From: Octopus bimaculoides
Taxonomy: Eukaryota
NCBI RefSeq assembly: GCF_001194135.2
Contig: NC_068983.1
Location: forward strand, 48,315,505 to 48,354,892
Length of the DNA: 39,388 nt
Direction of reading: 5' to 3'
Below the pieces are notes generated by a model, which was not told where the DNA came from, ran no database searches, and worked only from the letters and a program-made list of their open reading frames with translations. The position numbers were made by a program, and so were the translations under genes. Below, piece by piece: positions 12,142 through 23,859 of the stretch (position 1 is its first letter; the number at the start of each line of letters is the position of its first letter).

Positions 12142-12898
12142 TACAAGGTGTCCCAAACGTCACAGATGGGTTTCACTTTTTAATAACTTTCTTAACTTTG
12201 CAAATAAATACCTGAAAATTTGATACAATATAAAGGACATAATGGATATTAATATGCATGAGTCATATTTTGCAACACCACTACATAACATAATGAAAAT
12301 GACATCGCTTAAATGGCAGCCATTGTCGGCTTCGAACGCCCGTGCTATTTCCAAAACTTGCACCAGAACACTCTCAAGAGTGAAGGCCAGTTGACGTTGC
12401 TATAGTGGGAGATTATTCTCTCTCCAAAACACTGTCGTAGCAACTGCATTGTTTCTCTTGTGGTACGAGTTGATACCCCATCTTGCTGGAAACATGTATG
12501 AGGTCTACTTTCAATGGCCTTCACGTTCCCCAGATTTGACCAGCGCGGATTTCTTCTTGTGGGGATACCAAAACGAGAGAGTTTACGTCAACAAACCGGA
12601 GACCCTGATGCAACTGAAAGACAAGATCAACAGGAAAATTAGAGAAATGGGGTCTGAAACTCTTGAAGGTGTTTTGGTGCAAGTTTTGGAAATAGCACGA
12701 GCGTGCGAAGCCTAAAATGGCTGCCATTTAAGCGATGTCATTTTTCATGTGATGTAGTGGTGTTACAGGATTTGACTCGTGCATATTAGTTTCCATTATG
12801 TCATTGATATTGTATCAACATTTCAGGCATTTATTTCTATAGTTACGAAAGTTATTAAAACTTGAAACCCGTCAGTGACTCTTGGGACATTATGTGTA
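12142..12898 (+). mobile_element. Non-autonomous Tc1/mariner derivative (maT/rosa-like) with ~237-bp long TIRs
   Basis: Begins TA|CAAGGTGTCCCAAA within a TA run. Arms 12144-12381 and 12659-12894 are inverted copies. Internal remnant QWPSRSPDLTSADFFLWGYQNERVYVNKP...CEA*NGCHLSDVIFH is a transposase C-terminus. DD37D versus DD41D cannot be determined. Confidence 0.85.
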
Positions 12899-12912
12899 TG
12901 TGTACACACACC

Positions 12913-12944
<32 letters not shown>

Positions 12945-13087
12945 AGGTTTAGATTTAGATTCAAAAATTGAATATGGTACTTATGTTTAGGCACCAGAAT
13001 ATAGTATGGTATGGTATTATACAAAAACCATTCCAAAAACTAGGTGATCAAAAAATCAAAATAAGCAACACGGATTTTAAAGATGAT

Positions 13088-13175
13088 TGCAATACGCACG
13101 TTTCATGCTACTCCATTTATTTAAGTAATGCGAGCATTACATTAAATGCAATATGTGGAGCAATCTTCAGCTGCA
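13088..13175 (-). ncRNA. Type-I hammerhead ribozyme motif (left arm)
   Basis: UGCAG-CUGAAGA-[59 nt; stem II UGCU/AGCA]-GAA-ACGUGCGU-A|UUGCA. Core is intact and stem I has 5 bp including one G-U. Confidence 0.72.
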
Positions 13176-13342
13176 CGAAAATGCAGAAAATTACAGTAGA
13201 ATAGACATATTATAATTGTGGCAACATTTCAAATCCAAGTGAGAGGAAGAATACATTTAAAAAAAATACATGAAAAAAAATGGATTTGAAATGTTTCCAC
13301 ACTTATAATATGTCTATTCTACTGTAATTTTCTGCATTTTCG

Positions 13343-13430
13343 TGCAGCTGAAGATTGCTCTACATATTGCATTTAATGTAATGCTCGCATTACTTAAATA
13401 AATGGAGTAGTATGAAACGTGCGTACTGCA
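13343..13430 (+). ncRNA. Type-I hammerhead ribozyme motif (right arm)
   Basis: Stem I TGCAG (13343-47) pairs with CTGCA (13426-30). Core CTGAAGA 13348-54, GAAA 13414-17, quasi-palindromic stem III ACGTGCGT 13417-24, GUA triplet with predicted cleavage after 13425. Confidence 0.75.
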
Positions 13431-13459
13431 ATCATCTTTAAAATCCGTGTTGCTTATTT

Positions 13460-13505
<46 letters not shown>

Positions 13506-13507
<2 letters not shown>

Positions 13508-14435
13508 ATAGCCATTCTTATGTGGTGTGGCTGGTTCCTTGCGAAGGAAGGAATTTGATACTGCTGCCCCAGTTCGAGTTTCTTGTGATGTAGTCTGGTC
13601 TTGGATTTTGAATAGATATCAAATATCTCTGGGGTCTTTGAATCCCAACCTATTGCAGTTTCTGGTACTTACTCTGGATTGGTTGAATGAGATATTTGGA
13701 ATAGTGCAGTGGTGTTTCTGCTCAGAGGCTGGTATAGCTCTCAATGCCCAAGTTTGGCGTCTGCTTTTCTAGGAACTGCCATATGTATATCCTGCTTATC
13801 TCACCTACCTATGCACCAGCGAGTGGAGTCGCAGTTCTTTCAGTCTCTTCCTGTAACTCATATTTTGCTGATGCAATTTTCTTTGTGTAGCACCTCTGAA
13901 CTGCCGTGAGTTCTGCTGTGCGTTTTACACTGTGGGGTGACTATAGTTGAGGACAGATGTCAAGCAATCTTTGGACAAATGATCTTTGGACAAATGATCG
14001 CCATAGGAACAGCATGGTTTCCAGGTCCCTTGGTCGGCCATTTACCTTCACGCCTTACAATACGAAATAAAGCATCAATACACATATTAAGTCCCAGGTC
14101 CCGCGTTGTATTTGTCTCTGGGGTTGCCACTTCTTTTGGTCGAAAGTAATTTTGTTGTGGTGTGCTTGTACCAGCTGGTTGTATGTTGGTTTCTTTAGAT
14201 CATTTATGCATGGCATCTACGATTTTCAGTAGAAGATATGCATCGAGAGGATTCTTCTTCGTACTATTTTTGTGTGGTTAACATACCTAATAAGTGTGGT
14301 ATAACTAATGGCATATCTGACAGGCTAACCACAAACAGCAGTGGCCCCAAGACGTTTCCCTGAGGCACTCTACTGCCTGTCACGGTCTCCTTGGAGAGAT
14401 AGATTTTCATTCGATGCTACGGACTGGCTTCTGAG
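13506..14435 (-). mobile_element. CR1/L2-group LINE 3' portion, degenerate
   Basis: VPQGNVLGPLLFVVSLSDMP near 14370-14310 and LDICPQL*SPHSVKRTAELTAVQRCYTKKIAS near 13965-13870 match CR1-type RT and post-RT motifs. Many stops and frameshifts. Confidence 0.82.
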
Positions 14436-14552
14436 AGTTAAGTCATGCAAATACTGTTTCAGTTGTCCAACTATATTGAGTCTTCGGAGCTTCTAACCTA
14501 TTTTCAAACTTATCAACGGCTTACACATACAGACACACTGATGTATATATAT

Positions 14553-14700
14553 ATCATAAATCCCCAAAAAACGAAGAACAAACACAAAAGAAAAGCAACA
14601 ACGCGAGGACGTGGAACATGTGAAGTATTAGCAGACGCTCAGGGAAGGAAAGAAAGATGGTTTAACCTTTCGAGCAATGCTGTTTTTTGCTCTCATGTGT
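14553..14700 (-). mobile_element. PLE-type pseudo-LTR fragment with decayed hammerhead
   Basis: Homologous to 17060-17160 (AAAAGCAACAACGC...GGACAT...AGTATTA...AGACGCT...TTTCGAGCA). Retains AGC-ATT-GCTC-GAAA but the core is lost. Ends in TATATA. Confidence 0.65.
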
Positions 14701-16383
14701 CTCATTATAGAGCCTGAGTATTGTGGAGGATGTTTTATGTGTAATTTCAAGATCTTTTGCCTGCTATTTTCAGTAGAACGAGTTACTACCTCACTAGGTT
14801 TTTCGTCTCCTCTTTGACATATATAATTGTATTCGTGTATTTCAATTGAATATTCATGCTTGTTTATTTCACTTGAAAATGTATGTGTGCTCATGCTGGT
14901 GAATATTCATAACAGTTGTAAAACTTTTCCCTTATCAAATTGAACTGATGAAAATAAACCCAAACAAATCTATGGAAATTTTTATCATTTATCCTTTAAT
15001 ATTTTTCAATTCTATTTTTTCTGTGTGCATTCAAAGACGTGTATTCAAAACTTCTTACCTATACTGTGTTAAAGCTTCCATGCGTGTTTGTAAAATCTTC
15101 TATGTTCGTATGTGATAAGCGTTTAAATAGACTAATTTCATATTCGAAAGAACTTGTGACTTATACAACGCTACTCACAACAGACATAATTTACGATATA
15201 TGTGAGGTTACTTTTTTTTCAACCAGTTCTGGCGATATAATATCGTACCGTTCCGGTCATTGTGCTAATATTATTGCTTTAGTTATATCCGGAATACATC
15301 GTTAAATTTGTGATTCATTCCTACTAAATACTTTAGGTGAGAGCTGTATATGTATATTAGAATTTAAGCAATTATGAGACATGAAGCGTATGATAAACAA
15401 TAGATAAGAAAGTGCCATTATATTTAATGGCTGGAGCATTAGCCATCTAAAGTAGAATAACATATGCGGCGAAGTATAAAAAAATACTATTAGAAAGACT
15501 GATATTATTTTTTCCCGTTGTTTTTTTCTTCTGGAAAGTGCGGTAGACCATTCCAGGCATAATTCTGTTTTCATGTCTTCAATGTTGCACACCGCCATAA
15601 ACTAGCAAATTATGGTGCGTTATATACTATGCTGATGATGCCAAAATAGGATAGGAATATGTTAGAAGTTGTCTTTCATAATTACAGAAGAAAACAAGAA
15701 ATATAAAAGTCAACAAGTGCGATAAACAAAAAAGAAAAGAAGTTTTTTTGTACACGAAGTAATTGAATATGCATTTAGTTACATACTATTGTTTGATATT
15801 CCAATTATGCTGACACCCAATAATTAAGTGAATATGCATATTTAATTATTTTGATATATAATATAGAGAGAGAATGTAATTTTTCTTTATTAGAGAAGTT
15901 GAACGCATTTTGAAGAGTACAGTATATCTGTTACACGTTGCTATTAGGAGCTTCACTAACTACTCCATTCTCCATCGTAACTAATAAATTAATAAAATAT
16001 AAGTGATTAATTAATTATAACTTGGTACTCAATACTATCATTGATTTCCAATTTTTAAGACTAAATTTTCTTGAGGTGTAATGAAAAGCTCTTCATATGA
16101 AGACTGCATGAATATCAAAAGGATGTCACTAGCCTTTACATGTTGATCTCCTATTTATGTATTTTTAAACCCATTGATGCACATAACTTATTACAAGATT
16201 CACTGGAAAAAAACGATCAGTATTTTATAATTTAAAGACACACGCAGACACTTCGAAAGAAAAAGACACATAAATACATATGAACATCAGTATCCCGACC
16301 CGTATATATGTGTGCGTGCGTGTGTGTGTGTGTATATGTGTGTGCGTGTGTGTGTGTGTGTGTGCGTGCGTCTGTATATATGT

Positions 16384-16453
<70 letters not shown>

Positions 16454-17021
16454 AATGGAGACGAACACCATTCCTCCATATGATCAGCTTAAAAAATTGT
16501 TAAGGTATTAAGATATTTATCTATATTTCTAAACCTGAAACTAATGGTAGACTTAATACAGAAATAAGGAATTTCTATCCAACAATGCGATGTCGAGCAC
16601 TCATTGTGATCGTTCGACATTTGCGTATATATACGTATACATACATATAATCAAATGAATAATAACAGACGATGGATAATTGTCAGCTCATTCCAGCTGT
16701 TTATTACGAATTTTTTCAAAGAAAAATGAGAACATTACTTCATTCCAAAAAATTGTAATCATCAGATGAAACTTAATTTTACAAAATAAAATAATATCTC
16801 GAGAATATAGCAGGTAGGTGGCTGAAGTCTGTCGAGGCTAACTATCAAATGGAAGAATGATCAACAAAGTTGACCGTTGTGGGTATTAGGGGGCTAGGTT
16901 AAGAATATAGTTTGTAGAGTGTAATACGATATTTAAGTCAGTGACCCGGGTGAGATAGGAGTCAGCTAGACTGGTTCTTTGGTAGGATAGGGTACGGGAT
17001 TCTGTTTGTATCCTTATTTTA

Positions 17022-17249
17022 CTATATATAGTTGATTAAAAAACAGTGAAAAATAAGATAGACACGAAAAAGCAACAACGCCAGGACATAGGACATGCAA
17101 AGTATTAATAAGACGCTGAAGAAAGGAATGAGTGGTTGTTTTACGTTTCGAGCATAGCTCTTCTTCGGTAACAGGAGACATGGGAAAGTCCACGAGAAAA
17201 GAAAGGAGGAAAACAATCGCCAGCAGTTCACGTGTAGTTATACACGTAT

Positions 17250-17250
<1 letters not shown>
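17022..17250 (-). mobile_element. PLE-type pseudo-LTR fragment between (TG)n and TATATA
   Basis: Contains a minimal hammerhead motif and has a homologue at 14553-14700. Confidence 0.7.
17137..17173 (-). ncRNA. Minimal type-I hammerhead ribozyme motif (U4C variant)
   Basis: UGUUA-CCGAAGA-A-GAGC-UAU-GCUC-GAA-ACGU-A|AAACA. Palindromic ACGU replaces helix III, as in described PLE hammerheads. Stem I has 4 bp with an A-A mismatch next to the core. Confidence 0.68.
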
Positions 17251-17318
<68 letters not shown>

Positions 17319-17328
17319 NNNNNNNNNN

Positions 17329-17377
<49 letters not shown>

Positions 17378-17606
17378 CATATATATACATATATACATAT
17401 GTATATTCTTCAAGTAAGTATTGTTTATATATCTATATGTGTGCTTGTGTGTATGTGTGTGTAGAAATGTTCTTATGTATTACACATAATTACAACTTGG
17501 GTTGATGTTATAAAAATATCTTTACTGAAACAAAAAATACAAATATAACCACGATACAATAACGGCGGCATTGAGATTGATAGTACGAGCCATTTTTTTA
17601 TATCGA

Positions 17607-17666
<60 letters not shown>

Positions 17667-18929
17667 TGGCACTATTTCTTTAATACATATCAGTCGGCCA
17701 TTGTTTTGCTTATGCCGAACTGCACTCATTATATTTCGAACGACCTACATTGCTTTAACAAAAGCCATATTCATAGAGGCATGTACCCGCATATACACGA
17801 ATCATATACAATCTCACACGCACACTAATACACATGACATACCACTCGTTCACTTCACTTTTTCCTATCCTTTTCCTGTTCTTCTACACACACATGGAGA
17901 AACTCAGCTATGACAAACAGAAATTTAAAGTAATATTGACAAACACGTTTTGAAATATAAATTCACGAAGAGCAACTGCCATCAGTTTTTGGCAGTACTT
18001 ACCAAACGTAGCAATTTATTAAAGGCAATGCGCTAAAGATGAGGTCTATTAAACGTGGCAATCAACTGCTCATTGTTTGATTGTCAGGACTGTTGACAGA
18101 ACAAGGTCGATAAAGAGTGTACTGCCACGATACATAGGGAATACAATGAATGTGCATAAACGCAGAATGGAATATCTGTATGCGTGTCGTGAAGTGGTGA
18201 TGGCAGTTGTAGTGGTGGCAAGTGAAGCAAATATTTCAAAGAACGTGTGTTGATTGGACGTATATAGAATAAAATCACTTGGTACAAAGTACATGGACAC
18301 ACAAACACCACTAGTACATAGAGATTTGACAGTTATGGAAAACAATTATTTTTCTATTCATTTCTTATCTAATAAGATTTAGTCTCATATATATAAACAT
18401 ATGATTTATTAGCTGTTTGCAATGATTTTTCGGTGTTCTTCCAATTGAAATTTCTCTTTATAATTTTCTATGTGCTCTACTGCGCTTCTGGTTATAAGAG
18501 GTACAAGTTTTAAAAATTACATAAAACTAGTGTAAAATTAGTAAAATTAGTTGATAAAGCCAGTCCTATTTTAGCCGCAGGCTACCTGCCTTACTATGCC
18601 GATAGCGTTTCGGTACAGGGTGTGTATGTGTGTGTGTGTGTGTGACAAATTACGATGAATACAAATTTATACCATGTACTAACATTGAAGCAAATCATAA
18701 AAAATGTGTTCATCATACATTTCCAGTCATTTGTTCTGAATATCATAACTAGTAATACTTAGTACATAAGCCGCCGGACTATTATACTTGAAGCAGACTG
18801 GATGGGGGTAGTCAACGTGAGGCTCTCACTGTATGCATGTATGTATGCATGCATGCATGCATGTATGTATGTATGTATATAATACATTTTCCGTTCACCA
18901 CATTCACTCAGAAGGTGTTGTTTCATCAT

Positions 18930-18994
18930 GGATAATAGTAGATGACACTTGCTCCAGGTGTCAAAGAGTGGGACTGAACCCGGAACTATGTGCC
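18930..18994 (-). mobile_element. SINE family B head fragment
   Basis: Minus strand GCACATAGTTCCGGGTTCAGTCCCACTCTTTGACACCTGGAGCAAGTGTC. Confidence 0.75.
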
Positions 18995-19027
18995 TGCACC
19001 TATACAAATATATATATATGTTTCACA

Positions 19028-19260
19028 TCTGTCTATCTATCTATCTGCCTTTCTGTCCATCTAACTGTCTGCCTGTCTATCTATCTATCTATCTATCTAT
19101 CTATCCAACTATCTATATGTTTGTCTGTCTGTCTGTTCATCTGTCTGTGTATATATGTATGTATGTATCTATTTATCTATTTATCTATCTATGTATGTAT
19201 CTATCTATCTATCTGTAACTATCTATATATCTATCTATCTATTCATCTGTCTATCTATGT
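19028..19260. repeat. (TCTA)n/(TCTG)n/(TGTA)n compound tetranucleotide repeat
   Basis: Direct. Confidence 0.95.
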
Positions 19261-20287
19261 GAGTACGTGTATGTGCGTATATTTGCTTACACATCGCAAC
19301 ACTTAAGGAAATATGGTCATTGAAGTGCAGTAATATATATATTAACTCTTGTTAAGTGTGTCGTGCCCCATTATACTTTCAGGCAGGCACGGAAACACAA
19401 TTCCTGATCTTCCTTTAAGGTAATTTATTAATTAAGGACATAATGAATTGCTATGTTTCACTCGAAATGGTATTTTTCATTCGATATGTAATTTAATATA
19501 TATATTCATATTTTTTATCCTCTGATAGAAAAATCATTTCCGTTTCTTTGTTGAAACAACGCTGCCAGAAGATATTTACAGACGCTTCCAATCTCCCATT
19601 ATGGAAATGTAAACAACACTGGCTTCACTCTTCATTTGTATTAGAGTCATTGATCACCGTTTGTGGTGTTGTTTGCCATCTTCTTCATCATCCGTAAATG
19701 TTATATATTCAAAAATCTAATAATATTACTTTACTTAAATTAACATCTAATGAGATGCGTGATTCAATATAAAGTCAATACTTACCTAGTTATGTGGAAA
19801 TTGTTTATGACATAACTACAAAGCGAAGAAGCATTGTTTTTATCTAATAGCTCGTAACATAATAGGCCATTGTAAAATAAAGACACCATTTAGTTCGTTT
19901 AATAATTAGCGTTTTATCGTTTGTGTCAAATTATGCACTATATATAAAATAGTCCGTTCAATATATGATTGAGAAACACAAATGAAATTTACTGTCGTTC
20001 CTGCTAAACCGTGTCTCTACTGTAGAAATATATCGATTCTTAGCTTAAATGTTATGCAATCATTAAAAGCGAACGGTTACTATTTATTATATCTAATCTA
20101 TAATGCTTATGTTGTTAAAATATATTTTATCGAAACCGTAATAATTTATGGCGCAAAGTTGTATTGGGTATGGCTGGACTTGAAATTTAAAGGGATGAAA
20201 TGAAAGAATGCATTGTAATCTTATGTGCCCTTTCGGATATCTACATCACATCCCATAAATTCATAAAGATCATGAACTTTCCAAGAC

Positions 20288-20430
20288 TAATAATAATCCT
20301 TTCAACTACAGGTACAAGGTCTGAAATTTTTGGTGAGGGGACTACTCGATCACGTCGACCCCAGTGTTTCACTGCTACTTAATTTATTGTTCCCGAAAGG
20401 ATGAAAGGCAAAGTCGACCTCGGCAGAATC
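20288..20430 (-). mobile_element. SINE family C fragment (A-type central domain, different tail)
   Basis: CCCGAAAGGATGAAAGGCAAAGTCGACCTCGG domain joined to a tail that reads ...CAGACCTTGTACCTGTAGTTGAAAGGATTATTATTA on the minus strand. Confidence 0.78.
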
Positions 20431-21003
20431 CCCAGACTCATAATATTAACAGAGTCAGCTCATTCTTGTCTGTGCATCACCGTGGCCTTGATTGCAAGTC
20501 GCAAATGCATACATACAGGTCTCTAGATTTTCGACGAAATTGCTTATGTTGAAATTATTTTGTTGACCGCTCAAAGAATTTGTGTCTTCCGAAGCAGTGA
20601 CGGATCATGAATGCTTAACAATATCGAATAGAATTACACAGATATCTCAGATTCCAAGAACCAGATATTTCATAACGTGATGAAAAGGTACGATTGAGAC
20701 ATAACCATAAGAACCTCGAAACTTTAAACAATCTGTCAAAATCGTTACATTTGCCGTCAACTCCTACATTATACATGATATTGACATCAACACATAATCT
20801 AAGGGCATAAGAGCATACAGAAATTTAACTCTACTGCACACAACACCATTCACACTGAAATGAAGGAAGGACATTCCCAGTTTAAATTAGGAGAGAGCAT
20901 GCACTGCATCCGGATGTGCACATATTACATTTCTGTTAAGGACCGCCTCACTATTTTCTCCTTAAAATCAAGTGAAAAGCATGTATATATACCATAATCC
21001 CAG

Positions 21004-21192
21004 TAAAAACGAATTGCAATGACGAAGACCTAGTAAGCGTAACTCGGTCTTTGGTATGTCCAAGATTAATAATACTGGAGGGTAAGATTAGTGAAATCTC
21101 TGTAAATAGTTCGGTGACATTCGAAACTAACAAGCTATTAGATACACCAAATATGAGGTGCAGACTTTTAACCATCGAAAATCTGTATCTAG
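21004..21192 (+). CDS. Candidate phase 1-1 internal exon (189 nt), unidentified
   Basis: ATAATCCCAG|TA acceptor and CTAG|GTATTT donor enclose 63 open codons (KTNCNDEDLVSVTRSLVCPRL...IENLYL). No homology recognised. Confidence 0.22.
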
Positions 21193-22494
21193 GTATTTTT
21201 TTGTTTCTGAGCCCCAGCAAAACATTACTTATTTTATATTGGAATGAAAATAGTTCGTCATTAGATAATCAGATTAGAACAACTTCTAGATAGCATTGTG
21301 ACTATCAAGAATAGCTTATGTATTTACGAAACGAATAGGGCTTGTTTCGATTCAATATTTTTTCTCCTACGAGTATAAATAAATATAGAAACAGTGACGC
21401 TTTTATTTCATTTAATAATTGAGCCCTTTTGATTCTTTTAAATGCGATTAGCTTTCGAGACACTCAAATAAAGACTAGTATCCTCTTTAGCTATTAAATA
21501 TCATGTAGAAGGGGAAGGTTGAATGCGGTGTTTCTGTTAATTTTGAAAATAATGAAAATCTCTTTAAAACAACTACGTCGTTATTAAGCTGGTGTTCTGA
21601 AATTCTGATACGTTTTAATTTAGGCCCCTTTAAAACAAGACGTCTACATCATAGAACAAGAGGCGATCCTGGTTATGCAATAATAAGGCAGTATATATAT
21701 GTATATATATATGTATATATATGTATATATATATATGTTTNNNNNNNNNNNNNNNNNNNNNNNNNNNNNNNNNNNNNNNNNNNNNNNNNNNNNNNNNNNN
21801 NNNNNNNNNNNNNNNNNNNNNNNNNNNNNNNNNNNNNNNNTATACATACATATACATACATATACATACATATATATATATATATATGTAGCCCTATACA
21901 TAGATAGCTGGATAGATACATAGAGAGAGAGAGAGAAAGCGAGAGATATAGAGAAGGAGGAAAAAAGAAAGAAAGGAAGAAAGAGAAAGAAAGTTGGAGC
22001 TAAACGTACACTAGCACGCGCATTCACATCAAATGTTTGATTTTGTTAAATACAGAAGAAAAAAATGGTGAAACCGTTGATGTCTTATAAAAGTTACGTC
22101 TACAACAGACCTAAAAATATTGTTTTTATTAAACCGACTATTTCTATATACAGCATGCAATTAGTTAATCTCGGATTTTAGCTTTTTACCAACACGGAAA
22201 TAGTCATTTGGTTATGGTTCTTTTTATTTGTTTGTAAGAATGAGAAACCGTTTTCCTTTATGTTTTCTCTGGAATATTTTATCCAACACGTAAAACGTGA
22301 TGATGTTTTACAACGGTGTGCTGTTTTCGTATATTTATGCATTTCTACTGAATTATTTATTTTATTATAAACAGACTAATCTTTATATTATGACATCAGT
22401 GGGTTTTATCCAACTATTTCTTTTGTTTTTTCTCCATATACATATCTATCTCTCATTAGTTCTAACTATTTATGTTTCTCTTTCCCTCTTTCAG

Positions 22495-23230
22495 GCTGAG
22501 CGGTTCGCGGAACTCCTCCGAGACATCAGACTCGGCAACGACACCCCGGTATCGTGCCATTTCCGCTCTACCAGTCACTATATACAGCACCTGTCCGTGT
22601 TCGGATTGTCATTGCATAGAAGCTATCCGGACCCCCGTCTTTACCGTGAGCAGGTATTAATCTTCCCTCTTCGCTCCTTTGCGTCACATGCGCTCAACTC
22701 TCCTCACCTTTTCATCTAACCCTCCTCCTCTCTCCTCTCTTCCTCTCACACCTACTTCCACCCACCCACCTCTCCTCTCTTGCTCCGGCACCTACATCGT
22801 CTCTTCACTCCTACCCACCTTCTGACTTCTACACCCTCCCTTCATCTCAGTCCCTACTTACACCCCTACACATTCCAACCCCACCATCCTTATACATCCC
22901 ATCCTACCCCACCCCATCCCTTAGACCCACCCTTGCTTCTCCCACTCTCGCCTCCTCACACCCCAACACCATCACACCACACCACCACAGCACACCACAC
23001 CACACACCACCATACCACACCACATCACATCACACCACCCCGCATACACTATAGCACTGACCGCTTCTCAGCACCTACACCATCATCCACACATTTACGT
23101 ATGCACACACGCATACCTGAAGGTCGCCAGCCCCCTTCCGCACGTACATACACGCTCTCACATATATACGCACGCGCACCTTCCTTTTGGGATCACTACT
23201 TTATCATCTTCCTTTCTTCCTAGCTCTCCT
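22495..23230 (+). mobile_element. Penelope-like element 3' fragment: GIY-YIG endonuclease C-terminus plus C-rich 3' region
   Basis: AERFAELLRDIRLGNDTPVSCHF...LSVFGL...REQVLIFPLRSFASHALN* (22495-22719) matches the PLE pattern L.ERF.EH...PV..HF...R..EQ.LI..L.S..P.GLN. A C/T-rich tail follows. Confidence 0.78.
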
Positions 23231-23859
23231 GTATGACCCCTCTCTCCGGCATTCGCCATGATAGATCGCTAGCCACTAAACCTTTTTCTATTTTCTTTCC
23301 CGCCGCTGCCACCACTACCACCGCCANNNNNNNNNNNNNNNNNNNNNNNNNNNNNNNNNNNNNNNNNNNNNNNNNNNNNNNNNNNNNNNNNNNNNNNNNN
23401 NNNNNNNNNNNNNNNNGCCACCACCACCACTACAATCGCCACTTCCACCAACATCATGAGAACCATCATCACCTTTCCTACTGGCACCACCATCACCATC
23501 ACCATCATTACCATCGCAAAAACAACAATTTATTGGAGAATTATAAAGTTTCTTTGTGGATCGATTGATCAGATTTGCTTGATATGTAATCACGACATTC
23601 AAGAAGGCAAGTTGCTCTGATGAATAAAGAATTGTCCTTTATCAATCAGCGAACAGAATGGGTCGTTTAACGGAGGAGTGTTGGAAAGGCAATTGATGAA
23701 AAAAAACAAAAAAAAAAAACAAAGAGAAAATAACAAGGTACGAGTAAACAAGAACAAAAAACAAAATCAATGATTAAAATCACAAAAAGAAAAATAAACA
23801 AGAATTTAAACAAGGAAAAAAGAAAGAGAAAAAGAAAAATAGTGAAGAATCGTTTCATG

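Larger units (their letters stand above)
13055..13463. repeat. Inverted repeat: 183-bp arms, 43-bp spacer, 5 mismatches; probable divergent pair of PLE pseudo-LTR fragments
   Basis: Arms 13055-13237 and 13281-13463 aligned by eye at 178/183. The ORF track shows the same peptide on both strands. Confidence 0.95.

Noticed and set aside
15039-15305. 88-codon plus ORF after a plausible acceptor
   Set aside because: No motif and no convincing donor; within chance expectation for AT-rich DNA.
15620-15650. YYADDAKI on the plus strand
   Set aside because: RT-like motif of only 8 residues with no supporting flanks.
16800-16990. IVSLDRLQPP, resembling a Gypsy integrase tail
   Set aside because: Too short; no LTR or other pol motifs nearby.
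6300-18625. Isolated GAAAC-containing half-motifs (minus near 6310, 8060, 18605; plus near 10990)
   Set aside because: They resemble 3' halves of PLE hammerheads but lack a CUGANGA core, so they cannot be called ribozymes.
20951-21220. Minus-strand ORF ending in a hydrophobic segment plus RRK
   Set aside because: No good acceptor, and it overlaps the plus-strand candidate exon; at most one is likely real and neither is verified.
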